Positions 57,238 through 64,000 of a DNA stretch of 64,000 bases are shown here, piece by piece (position 1 is the first letter of the stretch; each line of letters starts with the position of its first letter). The notes below the pieces were generated by a model. That model was given only the letters and a program-made list of their open reading frames with translations, had not been told where the DNA came from and searched no databases. This stretch comes from Octopus vulgaris (taxonomy: Eukaryota): contig OX597832.1 in NCBI GenBank assembly GCA_951406725.2, positions 9,238,001 to 9,302,000 of the forward strand, in the 5' to 3' direction. The position numbers and the translations under genes are program-made.

Positions 57238-58321
57238 AAATGTTCACTATAAAATTATTTTAGCATTTTCTATTTTTGACTTGTTCTTTCATATATATAT
57301 ATATATACTTATACATACATATATAGTTATACATATATATATATATGTATTTATTATTCAAAAAGGAATATAAGGATAAAAATCACGTTCAGGATGTTTA
57401 TCAAGTAGTCAGAATGGTAAAAGAATGTATAGCCAATTAATACATTAAATTAATAATAATGAACATATGTATATAATTATATCAAAAGGCATCGAGTGAA
57501 ATCGACCGGGTATTTATAAATTGGCCTTCCTTGGATGTATACGTACAAATATCTGTCTGTAGACGCGGGAACTAAGTTTGGACGGTATGTACAGTTATTT
57601 AGACGTATATTTCCCCTATCAGTGTATTGTATTGACGAATGAAAAAGTGTTTTTTTAATTATTTAATCAAGAAATTGGAACCAATTCACAATTAACCTGA
57701 GGTCTTTAAAAATTTTCTCTCACTAGTCCGATTTTATCCACGAATAGGCACATAAGACGCACACACGAATAGGCACATAAGTGCAAAACAAGATGGAAAA
57801 AGATAGTAATCGCCTATGGAAGCTGGAGTAATATGCTTTTTTCTGATATTTTTGTAGTTGTAAGGAAAATTATACACGTGTGTGTGTATGCATATATATG
57901 TAATTGCTAGCTTTCTCAGATGGCTATATGTATATATTTGCTTATTACGGTAACAAGAGCGCAATATAATTTCTCATAGACCTATAATATTTCTGTTATC
58001 CTGTACGTATACAAAGCTGTGTGACCATATGATATAATATACATGGTTATAGCAGGCGTCTTAATTAATGTGGAAACAACGTTAATGATGAGACAATCAT
58101 AATGCTTTGCTTCATTCCATTTGTTTAATTGTATTCCATGGAAATACATACATCACATTTACTTTTGGTTATCCGTCATTTGCCTTCCATAATCTCACAA
58201 CGACGATCATGCCAACCAAAGATTTGTAGATGTAAACTCAAATTAGACCGTCGTGCATACATACATACATATATATATTATATATATTCTTCTATACAAA
58301 ATCATACAAACACTCTCCATA

Positions 58322-58379
<58 letters not shown>

Positions 58380-58728
58380 CATACATACATACATACATAG
58401 ATATATATGTTATATATATATGTATATGTATGTATGTATGTGTATATATATATATATATGTATGTATATATATATTGTATAGAGGGCATTATTACGCATA
58501 AATGACACACGCTAGGAGGGACTCTTAAAATCATAACTACCAAATATAAACAAATTGTACCGAACGCAATTCTCAAAGCGACTCATTTAAAAACAGAATT
58601 TAGCTCCATTTCACCTGTGATTTCGCAATTAACGCGTTATACACGCCCCTTGCTCTTCAGGTTTCTTCTCTTACGAGGTTTTTCACGCTAACTACCTGAT
58701 AATTTCTTGTTAAGATTTATCCTATTTT

Positions 58729-58806
<78 letters not shown>

Positions 58807-59320
58807 AGACAGACTTCTTTTAGTCGCTGTCCACCAAATCAAGTCCACCAAATCAAGTCCACCAAATCAAATCTGTTGGCAGAATACGTTTGAGAAGCCG
58901 CGATATATAATCAAAACTTTGTTTACATTATACATCTTTCGGCGTCGTTATGTTGAAAACAGTCCCCTTTTTAGTCACACAACATATAAACATTTACTGA
59001 CATTATAGTAGAATATTATATAAATTTGCAATGAACAAAATGAACTGCTAGAAAGAAATATGAACTCTTTTGTCCACTCACTATATAAAATTTTTATCAT
59101 TATTTTCAAAGAAAATGTGGATTAAATTTTTCCATTATAAAGTTGTTTTTTTTTTGAAAATATATTACTTGTTTTTATTTTCGTCTTTTCAATATGGAAA
59201 TATGGAAGAAAATGAAAGCAATCGACTATATTAATAGGGTAGATAGAATTGTGAATCTTACGTGTAAAATTGATTAAATCACTGAATAAATGCATATAAA
59301 TGTATGTACGCATGTATGTA

Positions 59321-59373
<53 letters not shown>

Positions 59374-59949
59374 CTGTATGTATGTATATATGTTTGTGTG
59401 TATACATATATATATATAAATATATAATATATATATAGTCTTAATATGTTGCTTAGCCTTCAAAAACCAGTGTAACTATTCCAGCAGCGAAGTATGTGAA
59501 TACAACCTAGACATTTTTAACCAGATTTAAGTATGTGGAATTCTAAAAAGAGCTATAACCACAATAAAAAATAGCGAGTTATTGTCGTAGATTACCTTGT
59601 CTCCTATATTTTCAATAACATGATATATTTCGTATGCACATGTATACATACAAGCATATACAGCCCTGCGTATATATGTATATATATACATACACGCACT
59701 TACATATATACGTTAGTTATTGATAAATACACAAACTAGTGAATACGAGCCTATGTGCATGTACAGGAATTAAGGCAAACATCAGAGACACAGATACACA
59801 CTCTTTGAGAGAAAGACAGAAATACATACATGCGCACTCACACATAAATATATACACATACACATGCGCATGTTCACACACACAATGTTGTAAATGATGT
59901 CATGTTGCATACGTTTCTCATATTTTTTTTTAATTGTCAAGAGTCCTTA

Positions 59950-61400
59950 TTTTGGAATCTTGGTCTTAAGTCTTCCACTTGCGCTTTATCATATTTCTTC
60001 TTTTTTTATTTTTATGCATTACTGGCATTGAAAGTTAGAAATTTCAAAAATTCTAATAACAACTACATTATCAAATTGCTATGAAATATTTCTATGGATT
60101 AAATTCTACTCACATATTCAGGAGCATTTAAGTACGAATAAGCTAAGCTATCAAGCTCGCAAACAAATATATAAATTCCCAAGTTGTACCAAGAAATAAC
60201 GCTCAAATTCCCTGTTCGAACTTTTGTTCAGGAATTTAAAAAAAAAATTCAGTGATCCTAACTTCAAACGTGAATATGAGTCGTATACTCAAAATGTTAT
60301 ACAGTGTAACAATATATTTAAAAATATCTTAGATTCTTTTATACACATCTTGTTTCCAGGTCCTTTCAATTTGAAAAAGATTTTCACATTTGCAAATTTA
60401 AAAACATTTCAACTTCAAAACTTCTTATTTGTAGCACATTATGAACGAACACTAAAGTTGCCAAAGTCATCAGCTAAAATTAAATGTCTTGCAACTCTAA
60501 ATGTCTTGCTCACGAGCAATTTTTCGTTTACACTAATCAAAAATATATGTGCGAAGATGCTTTGGGTCCTAGTATTCAGCTTAGGATATTGATCATTTGC
60601 TGTCAGGAATGATTACTTAGCTCTACGAAACATTCGAACGATACACTCCTTTCTCATCCATCACATAAAATCAGTTATTACTGAAATCTTTTCTTGATGC
60701 TAAGTCATTTTTTACGCTCTCTTTCAACTGTAATAGTTACCTGTTGGCGAGTATAGATATTCAATCAAAGCCGTTTGTTGGGTCTTCCATAGCAATCATT
60801 TGGTCAAATGCAGCTACGAAAATACTGGACAGGTGGAAACATTGTATAACCTGGCTTTCTGGATATTCTACTGATATACTGATATTGAAAATCTAAACAC
60901 ACCTATTTCTTCAGAAAGCAGCATGCAGTTTCACGAGCTTTCGATTACCTCTTACTAGTAATCTCAGTAAAATTATACAAGTGCTTTAGTGATTTGAATA
61001 CGATCGTGTGATTTTCCTGCATGCAAGTAATGGAGATTTTAGTAATATTTAGGAATTGGATCATTGTTCATAATATTTTACAGCATTTAGAATTTACGCT
61101 CTTAGTTCAATGGCCTAGAAGATTATTATTACAAGTATCACATCAACACATGCTACGCTTTGAACATAAACAACCAAAAATGTACAACATCCTCTTTAAA
61201 TCATCGACCACCAACATAATATGCTGTAACTGATGAACTTATTAAAAGATATGACCCTTGGTAAACGAACTCACAACCGATGAATAGGGAGGTTAGATAC
61301 AACTGATATAACTTTCATTATATTTCTAAAACAGCCTCCACTTTAATGAGAGGGATCATTCTTCTGTTATACACGTGTGTATACTACGTTGCATCAGCTC
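59950..61400 (-). pseudogene. Possible very old hAT transposase relic
   Basis: Weak: minus strand near 60090-60165 resembles the hAT dimerisation motif CERSFSKLKLIRTYxRS. No clean ORF. Confidence 0.25.
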
Positions 61401-61944
61401 ATTTTCCATTCCGCTCCATATTGTCTGTCAGTAAATGATCCAGTTCCTTCTGTGCTCATTTCAAGTTTAGTTTTGCAGTTCTTTTTGTTATTTAATATTG
61501 GCTTTCTCAAATACTTCTGTCTGTCTGTTTATCTCTAGTCCGCAATTCTGTCTCTGTCAAACACAATTGCAGAATAACGTATTCAACGCTAATGACGGCA
61601 CAATGTTGAAAACTGCTTACATTCTACACCTCTTCACTGAAATTGCTTATATTCGAGAATAATAGAGATTTGAAACTATCCATACGTCCAAATAAAGCAT
61701 AGAATATAATACACAAACACGAACGGTTGTATAGTGTTCAATATTTTCAAAACCCCTGCATCTTAAACAATATTCATCTCATTTTCTGAAATCCTTACGA
61801 TGAGTCTATATGGCTACCTCCCTCTGGTAGAAATGAAATTTGAAAGTTAAATTTGCCTCAAAACTCATTGACTACAATTAACGAAAAACAATAGTCCTTA
61901 AAGTAGTCCTGTATAATTGTTGTGTGAAAAATATTCTTTTTTTC

Positions 61945-62150
61945 ACACCAGGCACAAGGCCCGAAATTTCTTGGAAGGAGACCAGCCGATTAGATGCACA
62001 CCAGTACGCAACTGGTAATTAATTTATCAATACCGAAGGGATGAAATACAAAGTCGACCTCTGTGGAATTTGAACTCGGAAATTAAAGTCAGACGAAATG
62101 CCGCTAAGCTTTTCGCCCGGCGAGCTAACGTTTCTGCCAGCTCGCTGCCT
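61945..62150 (-). mobile_element. tRNA-derived SINE, abundant family
   Basis: aggcacaaggcccgaaattt..ccagtacgcaactggtaattaatttatc..aaagtcgacctc..gacgaaatgccgctaagc..ctgccagctcgc. Confidence 0.85.
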
Positions 62151-63257
62151 TTCTCCTGGTGGTAATGATGATGACAATAGTCATGGTAATAATAATGATG
62201 ATGATGATGACGATGATGATGATGATGGTGGTGATCATGATGGTGTTATTGATGATAGCATTGCAAATTATGGCGATCATAATTTACATCACCATCATCA
62301 TTACCATTTTTGTCATCAGTAGCACCATAATCATCATCATACACATCGTCAAGTTCGAGGTACTCCCCATCCTCTTCCTCCTCATCATCATAATTTTGAA
62401 TGGCATCACCCTCCTCCTCCCCATCCTCCTCCTCATCATCATCATTGTCGTAGTCGTCATCATCATCCTTAGAATTATCGTAACCATCATCGTCATCGTC
62501 ATCATCATTACCATCAACACCATCGTAATCCTCATGAGCTTAAGGTTCATCATCATCATCATCCTCATCAAAAGCAACTATATCGCAACCGAGATAGTCT
62601 GTTCGTTCGTATATGGCATTAATCTTCATTTACTCATCATACTTTCATTTCCTTAGATATATCTAGACATCTCACATTTATGTTTACTCGCAGACACCAG
62701 CATTGCCATGTGTTCCACGACCATCGGCACCCTTCTTCTTTCCGTATGTGTCAAAAGTAATAAGTATCACATCAAATGATTATTATATAAAACACTTGTT
62801 ATATTTGCGATCAGCTGCGCTGAAACAAATTTTAGCAACTTTGTTGTCCAGAACAACATCGGTATCAGTCATATCACTGTCATTATAAACATCACTTTGA
62901 TCGCTAACAATCTTATCATTATAAACATAGGAATCAAGATGATGGAATCCATCGTAAACATCAGCAACATGGTAAAAGTATGGAAAGAAATATTGCCAAC
63001 ATAGGAGTCAATTAAATTGAAACGTATGCCAGTCGTATTAATTGTGTGCCCTCGAGACGTAGACACAAGGTCAGCAACTTAAAGGAAAATCTTCCGTCAA
63101 TAACATCGACGCCGATACTAGACTGGTACTATATCTTGTCGAACTCAGGTGAGTAATGGCTAAGTGCACCGTGGAAGAATGTAAACTCACAATATAAAAA
63201 CTGGAATGAATCTGATGCGCCTTTCGCCGATGGTCTGACGACACTGCTTACCAAATT

Positions 63258-63330
<73 letters not shown>

Positions 63331-63342
63331 GACTACTACTAC

Positions 63343-63382
<40 letters not shown>

Positions 63383-63402
63383 AACTATAACCCTCTCTAC
63401 TG

Positions 63403-63585
63403 GAGGCACAAGGCATCAAATTTGGGGGAGTGAAGTAGTTTATTACATCCACCTCAGAGTTTCACAGGTACTTAATTTATCGACCCCTAATGGATGAAAG
63501 GTAAAGTCGACCTCACCGGAATTTGAAATCAGAACGTAGCGACAGACGAAAAACTGCTACGCATTTCATGCGGTGAGCTAACGAT
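63403..63585 (-). mobile_element. tRNA-derived SINE, abundant family (older copy also at ~63060-63250)
   Basis: ggtacttaatttatcgacccctaatggatgaaaggtaaagtcgacctcaccggaatttgaa. Confidence 0.8.
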
Positions 63586-63794
63586 TAATCCCATACATTC
63601 GAATTCCACCCAGGACCGAATAACGAAACCCACACCACGATTGTCACGTGCCCGCCCGAAAGAAATTCCCCTTCTCCTCAAACCACTCTATCTACTACTG
63701 GTGAGAATAGGCCCATTCACTCGGTCTTCCTCACCACATTCACCTGCCACTCAACGGAGATAGTGGTGGATAAAGATGATGATGATGATAACAC

Positions 63795-63846
<52 letters not shown>

Positions 63847-63859
63847 GACCTAGTAAAAA

Positions 63860-64000
63860 CTGATTAAATACCTACCAAAAACTGAGCAAATATAAAGATC
63901 TAGAAATAGAAATCAGCAAAATGTGGACCCTGAAGACTAAAACAATACATGTTGTCATAGGTTCCCGGGAAATGATAGCAAAATGGGCTGATTGCTACCT
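63860..64000 (+). mobile_element. Dong/R4-like LINE fragment after (AAT)n, runs off the window
   Basis: acctaccaaaaactgagcaaatataaagatctagaaatagaaatcagcaaaatgtgg..gaagactaaaacaata matches the reverse complement of ~39700-39810. Confidence 0.85.

Larger units (their letters stand above)
56932..57297 (-). mobile_element. Miniature inverted PLE-type insertion with two hammerheads, in (TA)n
   Basis: Arms ~56959-57066 and ~57191-57298 are near-perfect reverse complements; the left side has an extra tail (aactcgtgtgttccttttcaccc on minus). Confidence 0.8.

Noticed and set aside
62098-62656. Asp/His-rich and hydrophobic ORFs
   Set aside because: Degenerate (GAT/CAT)n repeats.

Overview
AT-rich, repeat-saturated eukaryotic non-coding DNA. 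The SINE families, (TA)n/(AAT)n/(CA)n microsatellite load and transposon mix look like a coleoid cephalopod (Octopus-like) genome; that assignment is from recall, not a search. I found no host protein-coding exon I can support, and most ORFs in the track are microsatellite artefacts. The main feature is a young, 5'-truncated Penelope-like retroelement (PLE; RT plus C-terminal GIY-YIG, 22058-25638) with ~617 bp inverted pseudo-LTRs, inserted in (TA)n. Around it are older PLE relics, CR1/L2-type, Tx1/L1-type and Dong/R4-type LINE fragments, Tc1/mariner relics, MITE/foldback elements and tRNA-derived SINEs. The most interesting hidden layer is a set of about ten minimal type-I hammerhead-ribozyme-like (HHR) motifs with palindromic stem III. 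Several have a compensatory U3-A8 core, and two sit in a tRNA-like head + microsatellite + hammerhead element. One copy of that element inserted, with an 11 bp TSD, into an older hammerhead. All coordinates were read by eye, and relic boundaries are approximate.
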